64,000 bases of DNA from Octopus sinensis (taxonomy: Eukaryota), in the NCBI RefSeq assembly GCF_006345805.1, contig NC_042999.1, positions 156,922,001 to 156,986,000 on the forward strand. The letters are read 5' to 3'. Positions 37,866 through 50,360 of the stretch are shown one piece after another. The translations under genes and the position numbers were made by a program. Under the pieces are notes generated by a model. It did not search any database and had not been told where the DNA came from. It saw only the letters and a program-made list of their open reading frames with translations. Within the stretch, counting starts at the first letter, position 1; the number at the start of each line of letters is the position of its first letter.

Positions 37866-38382
37866 AATAAGGGTTTGCGGCATTTTAGGAGGTCAGAATA
37901 CTCGATTCCACACAAAAAATCTTAGTAATTTTTTCTTTTCTTAGGGAAAATCGTGCGGGTGTACTTCCCAAGGGGTGAAATTTCCGAGCGTTCTACCCCA
38001 CCTCGTTTTCCGCGCCCCCCCCCTCCCAAAGGCTTTGTGGCATATTAGGAGGTTACCGTAATTCATTCTACCAACTCAAATTTTTTGCGTGGAATCAAGT
38101 ACCCTGACCTAATACGCCGCAAACCTTATATTTTAGTTGGGAAAAAAGTGGAGGGAGTGCGCCCTTCCCCCCAATCATTGGAAATTTTTTTTTGTTGAAT
38201 GAATTACGGTGACCTAATATGGGGGATCCAGAAAATTGGGTTGGGTGGAACCCTCGGAAATTTCACCCTCCATCCCCTTTGGGAAGTACACCCATACAAT
38301 TTTCACTAAAAAAAGAAAGAACCTCACATTTTTTGCATGGGATTAAGTCCTCTGACCTCCAAATATGCTGCAAACCCTTATT
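37866..38382. repeat. GC-rich foldback-like inverted repeat with nested sub-repeats
   Basis: aataagggtttgcggcat...gggtgtacttcccaaggggtgaaatttccgag vs ctcggaaatttcaccc...ttgggaagtacaccc...atgctgcaaacccttatt. Confidence 0.75.
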
Positions 38383-38795
38383 TTTGTTCAGAAAAGTGGG
38401 GTCGTTGCATCGCGGAAGTCGTTCAGGGGTGGGTGGGGGGGTCTTGTTTTCTCAGATCTTGAGAATAAAGAGCATCAGATGATTTCTCAGCTCAGGACCT
38501 CCGTGTGTGGGAACTCAAATGGGATGTTGTCTGGTCCTAGAGTTTTCCCTGGTTTCATGCACCCAAGTGCCTTGAATCCCTTTTGTTACACCTGTTTTTA
38601 TTTTTTTCTATTTTTCTCAGTTCTCCATGTTAAAGTTTTCAATCTTGCCTAGTAGAGGAGTATTGTCTCAGCCCAGTTCACTCTCTATTCATCTATAACT
38701 TCCCCATTTTATTCTGTTTCTGCATCTATTTCTTTGCCTCATTGATTCATTGTATCAACTATAATTACTTATTTGTTGCCTATTTGCTTTTTAAG

Positions 38796-38853
38796 CTTGA
38801 TGAAAACCAAAAAAGATGGGATTCCAGACTTTTCAATCAAATGCGGCCCACAT
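38796..38853 (+). CDS. EXOSC6: MTR3 coding exon 2
   Basis: Pyrimidine tract plus AG. LDENQKRWDSRLFNQMRPT fits the R-x-D-x-R...RP motif of RNase PH-like subunits. GTAAGT donor, phase 1, matches exon 3. Confidence 0.88.
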
Positions 38854-39830
38854 GTAAGTATTATTGGTCTGATTCGTTCCTGCGTGTCTGCAACATACAT
38901 TTAAATCAGTTCATACAGAATTGGCAATATGCCAGCATGGAAAGCGGACATCAAATGCTGATGATGATGAAGATGTGTGGAAATTTTAATGATTGAGAGT
39001 ATTGAGGATAGTTTTTGAAGGAAGACTGCTTTGTAAGATCTATCTCCATCATTACTTGTTCTATTGTAAAGATGTAAATATTAACCCTAAAACTTAAGTA
39101 TTGTTGAAATGTGTGTTTTATTCCTGGTAATAATTGCAACTAAATGGAACAGGAAATTCTTTGAGTTTGTCATATCTATCTCACTGTACACCATGTCTTT
39201 GGAAAGATACATTTTAAATTTTCTGAAATATTTCACAGAAATCATCATCATTTAACATCCGCATTCCATGCTAGCATGGGTTGGACGATTTGACTGAGGT
39301 CTGGCGAACCAGGCTCCAATCTGATCTGGTTGTTTCTACAGCTGGATGCCCTTCCTAACGCCAACCACTCCAAGAGTGTAGTGGGTGCTTTTATGTGCCA
39401 CCGGCACGAGGGCCGGTTTTGTGGTACTGGCCACGGCCACGTCCAAATGGTGCTTTTTATGTGCCACCTGCACAGGAGCCAGTCCAGCGGCACTAGAAAC
39501 GTCCTCGCTCGAATGTTTCAAGTGCTAGTAAGGCGACGCGGTAACGATCACACTTGAATGGTGTGCTTAACGTGCCACCATTCGAGCGTGAAGAAAATCA
39601 ATATAAATGAAAAAGGAAACACATGAACTGTATGGCAATCTAAATCTCCAAATGTAATACAATACTTGTAAAATATGATTTACCATTTAATATATCGTTG
39701 TCTCGTAAATAAATTCTCCTTCCAGTTAAACTAGTTTATATAATACCTGTTAATAAATAAAATGGTGTAGATATACGTTTAAATATTTGTTGTGCAAGAT
39801 TTTTTATGTGAAGTCGTGTGTTGAAACAGA

Positions 39831-40056
39831 TATTGTTATATTTCGGAATAGCTGACGGTTAGTAAGGAGAGACACAAATAAGAAAGAAGAAAACAAAGGA
39901 CCACTGATGTGGTCACAGGAGTGTGATGAAAGAACTCTGTCCGAAATAAGATTAATGTAAAAATAAATAACACTGAAGCAAAATAACACCAAATATATAG
40001 TGCGTGTGTTTTTATTGGCTAAACTGGCAATATGACCATTCCGAAATATAACAATA
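39831..40056. mobile_element. MITE with 19-bp perfect TIRs
   Basis: tattgttatatttcggaat / attccgaaatataacaata. Confidence 0.75.
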
Positions 40057-40114
40057 GGTGTAGATATAATTTTTGCTTACTATTATACTGAATATATTTA
40101 TTTTCATTTTTCAG

Positions 40115-40193
40115 TTTTACGTGCTGGAGTAGTCAGTCAGGCCAAAGGATCTGCTTACATTGAACTGAACAAAACCAAAGTCATCTGTGCTGT
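40115..40193 (+). CDS. EXOSC6: MTR3 coding exon 3
   Basis: ttttcag acceptor. (F)[25 protein letters not shown](V) vs human [32 protein letters not shown] donor, phase 2. Confidence 0.95.
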
Positions 40194-41486
40194 GTAAGTT
40201 ACTGTTCTGCAGGAAATTTGTTAATTTTTATTAAGACCTTTTTTTGCTACCAATTTTTCACAACGGTGTTAATAATAGTGTAAGGAACTACTCATGCAAG
40301 AATTTAAAGCAATGTACATACAAAATAAAAATATATTTACTCTTAGTTTGAGATGCTGGCATGTAAAAAGCACCATCTGATTGTGGTCTTTGCCAGCCTC
40401 ATCTGGCCCCCGTGCCGGTGGCACGTAAAAAGCACCCACTACACTCACGGAGTGGTTGGCGTTAGGAAGGGCATCCAGCTGTAGAAACACTGCCAGATCA
40501 AACTGGGCCTGGCGCAGCCTACTTGCTTCCCAGACCTCAGTTGAACTGTCCAACCCATGCTAGCATGGAAAACGGACATTAAACGATGATGATTCAGTTT
40601 CAGAACTGTAAAACGCTAAAAACTATTACAACAATTTTTGTTCAGGTCATCCCACAACCATTAAAACTTTTCCTGTTTACTTTCTTTATTGTTAAGTAAG
40701 TACAAAGTACAAATTATTGTGTCAATCATCATCATTTAACGTCCGTTTTCCATGCTAGCATGGGTTGGATGGTTCGACCGGTGTCTGGGAAGCCATGGAG
40801 GCTGCACCAGGCTCTAGTCTGATTTAGCAGTGTTTCTACAGCTGGATGCCCTTCCTAATGCCAACCACTCCGTGAGTGTAGTGGGTGTTTTTTACATGCC
40901 ACTGGCACAGGAGCCAGAGCAGGCTGGCAAACGGCCACGATCGGTTGGTGCTTTTACGTTCACCGCCATGGATGCCAGTCAGGCGTGTCAATAATTATGA
41001 AATATAAATTCATCTGTTGAAAAGACTTACATTTCAAAATTTCAGTTACTAATTTTCCAGAAGACAACGTGTCTATGGATGTGATACGAAGTTTTAACAG
41101 AAGTGGCAGAAGCATACTCTTTTGTTTCTATATATCTTTGACAACTTACATTATTTATATTCAAAGAAGAATTTGATTTGGAGTCCCTCTGACCATTCTT
41201 TTCTGTTTCTGATGAATACTCTCTTTGCACTAAGATTTTCAAAATATAGTTTATGAGAGAAATTAATATGAAAATTTAAATTAGGAAAATTTGTTTTTGG
41301 ATTTCAATTTCCAATGAAGTTTTATAAAATCATTTTTAATATGAATTAAGGTTGAATGGTTCTACAAATTTCCAAGAATTGTTTGAGTTTTCTAGCTGAA
41401 TATTGTATCATCATATAAGATAAGCTATTAGCCAATATTCAGCTGGAATAAATATAGTATTATTGAACGCTCAGGAAAGAAGGAGG

Positions 41487-41521
41487 GTTTAATGTTTCGA
41501 GCAGAGCTCTTCGTCGGAAAC
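41487..41521 (-). ncRNA. Degenerate minimal hammerhead motif
   Basis: Minus strand: gttt-CcGACGA-a-gagc(tct)gctc-GAAA-ca-TT-aaac. U4 changed to C. Confidence 0.5.
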
Positions 41522-42317
41522 ATAGGAGAAGGGAAGACAGAGGAAAAAAAAATCGCCAACGGTACACATGAGGTCACATTTATATAGATATATATATATA
41601 TATATATATATATATCTGTATGAGTTGGAGGTTGAGAAACCAACAAAGGGATAGTACTTATCCAATATACTGCTGGTAGTAGTGTACCCAGTTATTCATA
41701 TCCAAATGCTAGTTATTGCATGGCAATCTCGCAATTGAGTATTATATACGGGCAGGGGTAACAAGTAGTTTACCTTTGATTTATACGGCAAATAAGAAAA
41801 TGGAGAGGATATAAAATCGACAGACATCAGTCGGTAAACATTCCATTATGTCTATTTATTCAAATGTATTGGATGAACTCACACTCAGGTATGAGAGGTA
41901 GAGATTAGTGAGTGGAAAAAAAACTGGTAACTGCATAAACAAGGATGAGAATACATATAAGCATATAGAAACAAGTAAGCAAACTGGCAAAAAAGTAAAT
42001 GGGTGTGTAGGTGCTATTTCCTTATGACCGTTTCTGCCAAGAGGCAATGAAATCTTCCATGGTAATTTAGCTGAGTTGTGAGAATGGGTTGTGATATTTG
42101 TTCCAGCTCTCAGCATTCTGAGTTCAAGCCCATTCAATGTTGACTATGCCTTTCATTCTTTTGTGTCGATAAATGAATTCCAGTCAAGTACAGGGGCTGT
42201 TTCGTCCTCCCATTCTCTTCCCCTGTTTCTCCACATGAAAGGAACATTCAAATCATGCCCTGTCCCCACCAGTACTTTTTTATTTCCTGTAGATTTTACT
42301 AAATCTGAAGCTTATAT

Positions 42318-42715
42318 AGGTGCAGGAGTGGCTGTGTGGTAAGTAGCTTGCTAACCAACCACATGGTTCCGGGTTCAGTCCCACTGCGTGGCATCTTGGG
42401 CAAGTGTCTTCTGCTATAGCCCCGGACCGACCAATGCCTTGTGAGTGGATTTGGTAGACGGAAATTGAAAGAAGCCTGTCGTATATATGTATATGTGTGT
42501 GTGTTTGTGTGTCTGTGTTTGTACCCCTAGCATTGCTTGACAACCGATGCTGGTGTGTTTACGTCCCCGTCACTTAGCGGTTCAGCAAAAGAGACCGATA
42601 GAATAAGTACTAGGCTTACAAAGAATAAGTCCCGGGGTTGATTTGCTCGACTAGAGGTGGTGCTCCAGCATGGCCGCAGTCAAATGGCTGAAACCAGTAA
42701 AAGAGTAAAAAAGAG
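42318..42715 (+). mobile_element. tRNA-derived SINE family A with internal (TA)/(TG) microsatellite. Other copies 1-438(+), 1110-1517(-), 21081-21690(+), 23670-24095(-), 31103-31319(+), 34217-34523(-), 42939-43302(+), 48773-49168(-), 51460-51682(-), 54770-54920(+), 56225-56545(-), 56847-57320(+)
   Basis: A-box tggctgtgtgg, B-box ggttcagtccc, CORE-like c(c/t)ttgggcaagtgtctt, tail gactgaaacaagtaaaagag. Many near-identical copies. Confidence 0.9.
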
Positions 42716-44080
42716 TTATATAATCTAAAAGGTCAGAATATTTTAGCAATGAGACATGGGAAAAAGTATCTAAAAAGTTCTGGGAACTCAAAACTCCATG
42801 ACAGAATGTTGGATGCTGTACAAGTGTTGAGTAAACCCGGGTGATTGTGCATGATTTTGTGGTTATGGACATACGAGTAATAAATGACTTAAGTAGGGAA
42901 TGTTTATTTAACACTTTAGCATTTAAACCAATCATATAGGCGCAGGAGTGGCTGTGTGGTAAGTAGCTTGCTAACCAGCCACATGGTTCCGGGTTCATTC
43001 CCACTGCGTGGCACCTTGGGCAAGTGTCTTCTACTATAGCCTCGGACCGACCAAAGCCTTGTGAGTGGATTTGGTAGATGGAAACTGGAAGAAGCCCGTC
43101 GTATATATGTATATGTATGTGTTTGTATGTATATTTTTGTGTGTCTGTGTTTGTCCCCCCCACCATTGCTTGACAACCGATGGTGGTGTGTTTATGTCCT
43201 GTAACTTAGCGGTTCCGCAAAAGAGACTGATAGAATAAGTCCTGGGGTCGATTTACTCGACTAGAAGGCGGTGCTCCAGCATGGCCGCAGTCAAATGACT
43301 GTCTCATGTTCAAACTGGCCAGATCTAACCTCTCACATCTACCCTACAATGACATTCTAAAAATAAGCGATTACATCATTGTAAACTCAGGGCTATGATA
43401 TAAATGCAGGATTAATTCAAAGCAATGTGGATAAATAAGCATTACATCTGACAATAATCGGAATGCTCAAGGGTTAAAGCTAAGAAATATTTTTATTTTT
43501 TAAGGGTGTAGTGGGTTTACATCTATCAGCGCCACCTGACTGGCGTCCGTGTCAGAATTGCATAAAAATAAATTATTAAATATTTGGTGTATTGTAGAAG
43601 TAAAACCAATTTGTTGTCCATGCTGCCAGGGTTGGATGGTTTGACCAGGGCTGGCAAGCTGGAAGGCTGCACCAGACTCCAGTCAGATTTGGGTTTCTAC
43701 AGATAGATGTCCTTCCTAATTCCAACCACTCCAAAAGTGTAATGGGTGCTTTTATGTGCCACCGTCATTGGTGCCATTTGCATGACACCAGTATTTGCCG
43801 GCGAGCTGGCACCAACCGATCGTGGCCGCTTGCCAGTACCCTCTGGCCCCTGTGCCGGTGGCACGTAAAAAGCACCCGCTACACTCACAGAGTGGTTGGC
43901 GTTAGGAAGGGCATCCAGCTGTAAAAACACTGCCAGATCAGACTGGTGCCTGGTGCAGCCTCCTGGCTTCCCGACCCCGGTCGAACCGTCCAACCCATGC
44001 CAGCATGGAAAAACGGATGTTAAATGATGATTCTGATATAAATGTAACTATTTACCTGATGTTCTCTTAATCCCTTTCAG

Positions 44081-44255
44081 TTATGGACCACGGGAAGTTA
44101 CACGCCGAGAGGAATTTAGTATGAAAGGTCAACTGACATGTGAGTTAAAGTTTGCTACATTCTCATGCAAACTTCGCCGACAGCATCAACCTGATAGTCA
44201 AGAGAAAGACTACTCTATACAGTTACTTGAGGCACTTGAACCAGCAGTTTGTTTG
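44081..44255 (+). CDS. EXOSC6: MTR3 coding exon 4
   Basis: ctttcag acceptor. YGPREVTRREEFSMKGQLTCELKFATFSCKLRRQHQPDSQEKDYSIQLLEALEPAVCL (RNase PH domain). GTAATT donor, phase 0. Confidence 0.95.
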
Positions 44256-44434
44256 GTAATTAATATACTATATATTAAAATTTTTGATTATTTTATATGG
44301 TTTCAAATAAAATATTTTAAGGGTAGAAGTATGGTGAATTGAATATTCCACATACTTTTAATATACTGGCAGTATTTGTTTTTATTAACCCCCAAAGTGT
44401 TGAATTCAAAATGTGCTAAAGGACCTTTCTAAAT

Positions 44435-44653
44435 TTAACCCTTTAGTGTTTAAACCGGCCAAAATATTCTACCTGTTTTATGTTCAAACTAGTCAGATAT
44501 GGTCATTCATAGCTACCTTATTGTGTCATTTAAAAAATAAACAATCACAACATTGAAATCTCAAAGCCATGAAATGATGCAAGATTAATTTTTACATGCT
44601 GTGAATACATAAGCTTTACATTTTACAGAATAATCTGAATGCTAAAGGGTTAA
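44435..44653. mobile_element. piggyBac-type MITE (TTAA TSD). Other copies 42908-43477 (SINE-interrupted), 45289-45518 (opposite orientation), 62749-62977
   Basis: ttaa|ccctttag ... ctaaaggg|ttaa ends. Shared internal atgttcaaact(g/a)g(c/t)cagat. Confidence 0.85.
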
Positions 44654-46299
44654 GGCATTTTATTTGGCACTCCACCAATTCTGCCATCTACTTCTCTTGA
44701 AATTGTCAAAAGATTAAAACATGGCAAACTCCTAATTTTGATCAGTATGTTGTTAGTGCAACTAATTCATTAGAAAGGGATTCAGAAGATTTATGTTAAA
44801 CACTGTAATTCACAGCCTTTGATTTTGGTATTAACTCCTTATTGTAGTCTGTAGGTGTGTTGGATGCCAACTTGTAACATAATTATTGAAAAACAGAAAA
44901 ATCATATTTTAAGGGGAAGTGGATTCTTAGAGGAAAAGTAATTACTGAGTATTTAATTATGTGCCGGTGGCACGTAAAAAGCACCATCTGAATTGTGGCC
45001 GATGCCAGTGCTGCCTCGACTGACTTCCGTGCCGGTGGCACGTAAAATGCACCAATCCGACCGTGGCCATTGCCAGCCTCGCCTGGCACCTGTGCAGGTG
45101 GCACGTAAAAAGCACCTACTACACTCACGGAGTGGTTGGCATTAGGAAGGGCATCCAGCTGTAGAAACATTGCCAGATCAGACTGGGGCCTGGTGCAGCC
45201 TTCTGGCTTCCCAGATCCCCGGTCGAACCGTCCAACCCATGCTAGCATAGAGAACGGACGTTAAATGATGATGATGATGATGATTAATTTAACCCTTTAG
45301 TGTTCACATTATTCTGCCAAAATCAATCCTTTTTTATCCACATTGTTTTGAACTAATCAGTCATTAATCTTGTAGCTATGAGATTTTGATGAGGTAGCTG
45401 TTAATTTTTTAAACAATATTGTAGGGTTGGTTTAAGAGACCAGATATGGCCAGTTTGAACATAAAACAAGCAGAATACTTTTGGCTGGATGTGGCCGGTT
45501 TAAATGCTAAAGGGTTAACAATCCTTCTCTGGATTCAAATTTTGTAACACAGTGTTGCTCAACCATTTTTTTACCTGCGAACCGTTTTGATTTTTATTTT
45601 ACTTGGATAAACACTCATAACCATTCAATGTTTAAAAGATCCTATTCTATTTTTTGCAATTAAATATTTAGGAATTGCATAAAAATAAATTATTAAATAC
45701 TTGGTGTATTGTAGAACTAAAATCAATTTGTTGTCCATGCTGCCAGGGTTGGATGGTTTGACCAGGGCTGGCAAGCTGGAAGGCTGCACCAGACTCCAGT
45801 CAGATTTGGGTTTCTACAGATAGATGTCCTTCCTAATTCCAACCACTCCAAAAGTGTAATAGGTGCTTTTATGTGTGCCACCGTCATTGGTGCCATTTGC
45901 ATGACATCAGTATTTGCCGGCGAACTGGCAGAAACGTTAGCACGCCAGGCGAAATGCTGAGTGGTATTTTGTCTGCCACTACGTTTTGAGTTCAAATTCC
46001 GCCGAGGTCAACTTTGCCTTTCATCCTTTCGGGGTCGATAAATTAAGTACCAGTTACGCACTGGGGTTGATGTAATCGACTTAATCTGTTTGTCTGTTTT
46101 TGTTTGTCCCCTTGTGGGTAGTAAAGAAATAGGTATTTCGTCTGCCGTTACGTTCTGAATTCAAATTCCTTTTCGGGGTCGATTAAATAAGTGCCAGTTG
46201 TGAACTGGGGTCGATGTAATCGATTTAATCCGTTTGTCTGTCCTTGTTTGTCCCCTCTGTGTTTAGCCCCTTGTGGGTAGTAAAGAAATAAGTATTTGC

Positions 46300-47140
46300 C
46301 ATGACTGTGATTTTACTTGGCTTGATGGGTCTTCTTCTCAAGTATGCATAATGGCAAAGGTCTCAATCATTTGTCATTGCCTCCATGAAGCCCAACACTC
46401 AAAAGGTGCTTTTCACATGTCACCAGCATCAGCCACCTTGCCTCTGTGAAGCCCAATGCTTGAAAGGTGCTTTTTATGTGCCACCAGCACGAGTGCCAGT
46501 TACGTGGCACCAGCCTCAGCCATGACTATTACTTCACTTGGCTTGACAGGTCTTCTCAAGCATGGCATATCACCAAAGGTCTCAGTCATTAGTCATTGCC
46601 TCCATGAGGCCCAAAGTTGGAAGATTATGCTTCACCATGTCTTCCTGGGTCTACCTCTACCACATGTTTCCTCCACAGTTTAGAGATTGGCACTTCACAC
46701 AGCTGTCCTTGTCCATATGCATCACATGACCATACCAGCACTGTCATCTCTCTTGCACACCACATCTGATGCTTCTTATGCCCAACTTTTCTCTCAAGAC
46801 GTTTACACTCTGTCGTTCATGCACTGACATTGCACATCCAGTGAAGCATATTGGCGTCATTTCTTTCAAGCTTATGCATGTCCTTGGCTGTTACAGCCCA
46901 TGTTTCACTACTATGTAGCATAGCTATTCACTCACAGACATCGTACAATCTGCCTTTCACTCTGAGGGAGAGGTCCTTTGTTACCAGCATAGGTAGGAGC
47001 TCTCTGAACTTGACCCAGCCTATCTTTATTCTCACAGCTACACTCTTGGAGCATCCACCTCCTCTATTAACTTGGTAACCCAGATAACGGAAGCTCTCTA
47101 CTATCTATAGCTTACCCCCACTGGCAGTTGATGGAGTCTA
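46300..47140 (-). mobile_element. Decayed RTE (BovB-like) LINE 3' fragment
   Basis: Reverse complement aligns to 26520-27100 (RIKIGWVKFRELLPML..., SETWAVT..., WYGHVM). Confidence 0.8.
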
Positions 47141-50057
47141 TTTTCTGTATTTTTGCCACTGATTCTTATGCAGAATTAGCACATAATATGAAATTATAGT
47201 TCCTAAATTTAACAATAAAAGGACCTGTCAGTGTAGTCAGTCAGCACACTTATCACAAAAATAAAAGGTGTGGGTTTGATTCTCACACATTAATGCTCAT
47301 TTTTCCCCAATATGGGGTCTTATATGCATTTATATTAAACTTTTTTACTACAGTCAATATACGGTGGAGGCTCATAATTCTGTATACAAAATTCTTCTTG
47401 TATTTTTATATTGTATTTTATATCATCATCATCCGATTAGCCATTTTTCTGTGCTGGTATAGATCATTGGATTGTCTCGCTGCAAGGGTAAAATGAGTTG
47501 TTGCCCTTTTTGTGGGAAAATGAGTCGTGTGTTTGGGAGAGGGCCGCTATAAACATGGTTATATATATATGTAGCAACAAGTTATGAAGATTTCACAGTG
47601 ATAGCAATTGTCAGTGATCTATCATCATCATCATCGTTTAACGTCCGCTTTCCATGCTAGCATGGGTTGGATGGTTCAACTGGGGTCTGGCAAGCCCGAA
47701 GGCTGCACCAGGCCAGTCAGATCTGGCAGTGTTTCTACAGCTGGATGCCCTTCCTAACGCCAACCACTCTGAGAGTGTAGTGGGTGATTTTATGTGCCAC
47801 CGACACAGGTGCCAGACGATCTATATTAGGTGATAAATATTACATCTAGTACAGTATGTTGTGGTATATTTCGATTCAGTGGCAAATTTTGGGAAGCAAC
47901 TGACAATTTTATCTAATAAAGAGTCATATGCAGAATGAAAGATCTGGAAGTCTAGTCAATTTACACTATAGATCTTCTTACCATTGCCTCATTACATCTC
48001 TAAATCATCATCATCATCGTTTAACGTCCATTTTCCGTGCTAGCACGGGTTGGACGGTTCGACCGGGGTCTGGGAAGCCAGGAGGCTGCACCAGGCTCCA
48101 GTCTGATCTGGCAGTGTTTTCTACAGCTGGATGCCCTTCCTAACGCCAACCACTCCGTGAGTGTAGTGGGTGCTTTTTACGTGCCACCAGCACAGGTTCC
48201 AGGGGAGTCTGGCAGTGGCCACAATCAGTCGGTGCTTTTTACGTGCCACCGGCACAGGTGCCAGGGAAGTTCACAACTTATATGTAGGTTGTTCACTCAA
48301 TCTCCTCCTCACTACAACTCTTCCTCCCTTCTGATACCACTTTTCTTTCTTGCTATGCAGAGCCATTTCATATGTTAGCCATTCTTCATCCATCAATATT
48401 GTTCTCTGCATCCACATATTACAGTGGTCACACCCGTCTCCTCAGACCCCTAAATTATCTCTTCTCATACATTATATGTCATCTCTCTCTCTTTACCCTG
48501 CTTCTGCAGCCTACCAAAACATATCTCTCCTCCCTCTGTCAACTGTATCATTGTTCCTATCCTGCTGCCAGATTCCCTCTACATTCCCTAACTCGTACAG
48601 CTCCCACCCCCATATTGATCCACCCTTCAGCCCTACCCACTCTTTACAGAGGTTACCTACCTCTCCTATTTCCTCGGTCCCCCCCCCATACACTCTAGCA
48701 AATCCCCAAGACACACTTCCTAGCTTCTTTGTCTCCATTCATTTCTACTCACTCGGACCCTTCATCACCACTCTCTTACTCTTTTACTTGTTTCAGTCAT
48801 TTGACTGTGGCCATGCTGGAGCACCGCCTTTAATCGAGCAACTCGACCCTGGGACTTATTCTTTGTAAGCCCAGTACTTATTCTATCGGTCTATTTTGCC
48901 AAACCGCTAAGTGACGGGGACATAAACACACCAGCATCGGTTGTCAAGCGATGTTGGATGGGACAAACACAGACACACAAATACACGCACACATACATAT
49001 ATATACATATATACGACGGGCTTCTTTCAGTTTCCGTCTACCAAATCCACTCACAAGGCTTTGGTCAGCCCGAGGCTATAGTAGAAGACACTTGCCCAAG
49101 GTGCCACGCAGTGGGACTGAACCCGGAACCATGTGGTTCGTAAGCAAGCTACTTACCACACAGCCACTGGAGATTCTACTGGTTCATCCTTACTCTCTCC
49201 CCTAAATGTAAGTAACCATGTAACTCCACTACAACCCGAAACTTTTCTACCCCTACCTCTTCTCTCATACTTTAACCTCCATCTAACATAAGGACATCTC
49301 CTACCCCTTTCTTTGTGTTTCGTAGACTTGTGAGTTTCATGATGACCTCAAAAGTGCCAGTGGCACAAAAACAGCATCCAGTACACACTGTAAAGGGGTT
49401 AATGTTATGCAGGGCACCCAGCAGTAGGGACCATGTCGAAGCAGACAACTAGGGCACAATGCAGTGTTTGGACCGATTGGATTTGACCTATATCAGCATG
49501 GAACATGGATGTTAAATGGTGATGATATTTAGATAACAAGGTGGCAAACTGGCAGAAACGTTAGCTCGCCGGGCAAAATGCATAGCCGTATTTCGTCTGC
49601 CGTTACGTTCTGGGTTCAAATTCCGCCGAGGTCGACTTTGCCTTTCATCCTTTCGGGGGTCGATAAATTAAGTACCAGTTACGTACTGGGGTTGATGTAA
49701 TCGACTTAATCCGTTTGTCTGTCCTTGTTTGTCCCCTTTGTGTTTAGCCCCTTGTGGGTAATAAAAAAACAGATATTTAGATAACAAAAGACTATAAACA
49801 AGCGGAAAGATGTTATGAGACCTATTGAATTCCTGCCAGCATGGAAAAAATGGATGTAAAATGATAATGTAGTCCAACTGATTGGCAAACTTTTAATCAT
49901 TAAAATACCTATATCTATCCTTTGTTTCATATTTTACTACCAGTTCCTGCCTCTTTCGACTAGCAAGCGATGTGCCCCCCACCCCATCCCCTGAACCCAT
50001 CTCCTTCCACATCTCATCTCTACTGTTTTATTAGTATGTGAATTATTTATTTTTCAG

Positions 50058-50118
50058 CATAAATTTCCAAAGGCACAAGTGAATGTATATGCAACAGTTC
50101 TAGAAAATGATGGCAGCA
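50058..50118 (+). CDS. EXOSC6: MTR3 coding exon 5
   Basis: ttttcag acceptor. HKFPKAQVNVYATVLENDGS vs human RYPRAQLEVSALLLEDGGS. GTAAGT donor, phase 1. Confidence 0.95.
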
Positions 50119-50360
50119 GTAAGTTATTAACTTTTTGGCTTCTTTATTGTCCAAGTTTAAACTTTTCTGCAAGTTTAGTTCTTTAGTTTGTTTTCACCAT
50201 TACAGCTGAGGCTATTACTGGAACAGTGTTATTCTAAATGTAAGTAATGCTTGCTCAGGTGTAATGTTATATAGAATGTGTTGGTTAACCATTTCTACCT
50301 TTTAGCACTTTTTGACAATTACATTGGAATTTAGGTTTGCATAAAATCAGATATTAAAAT

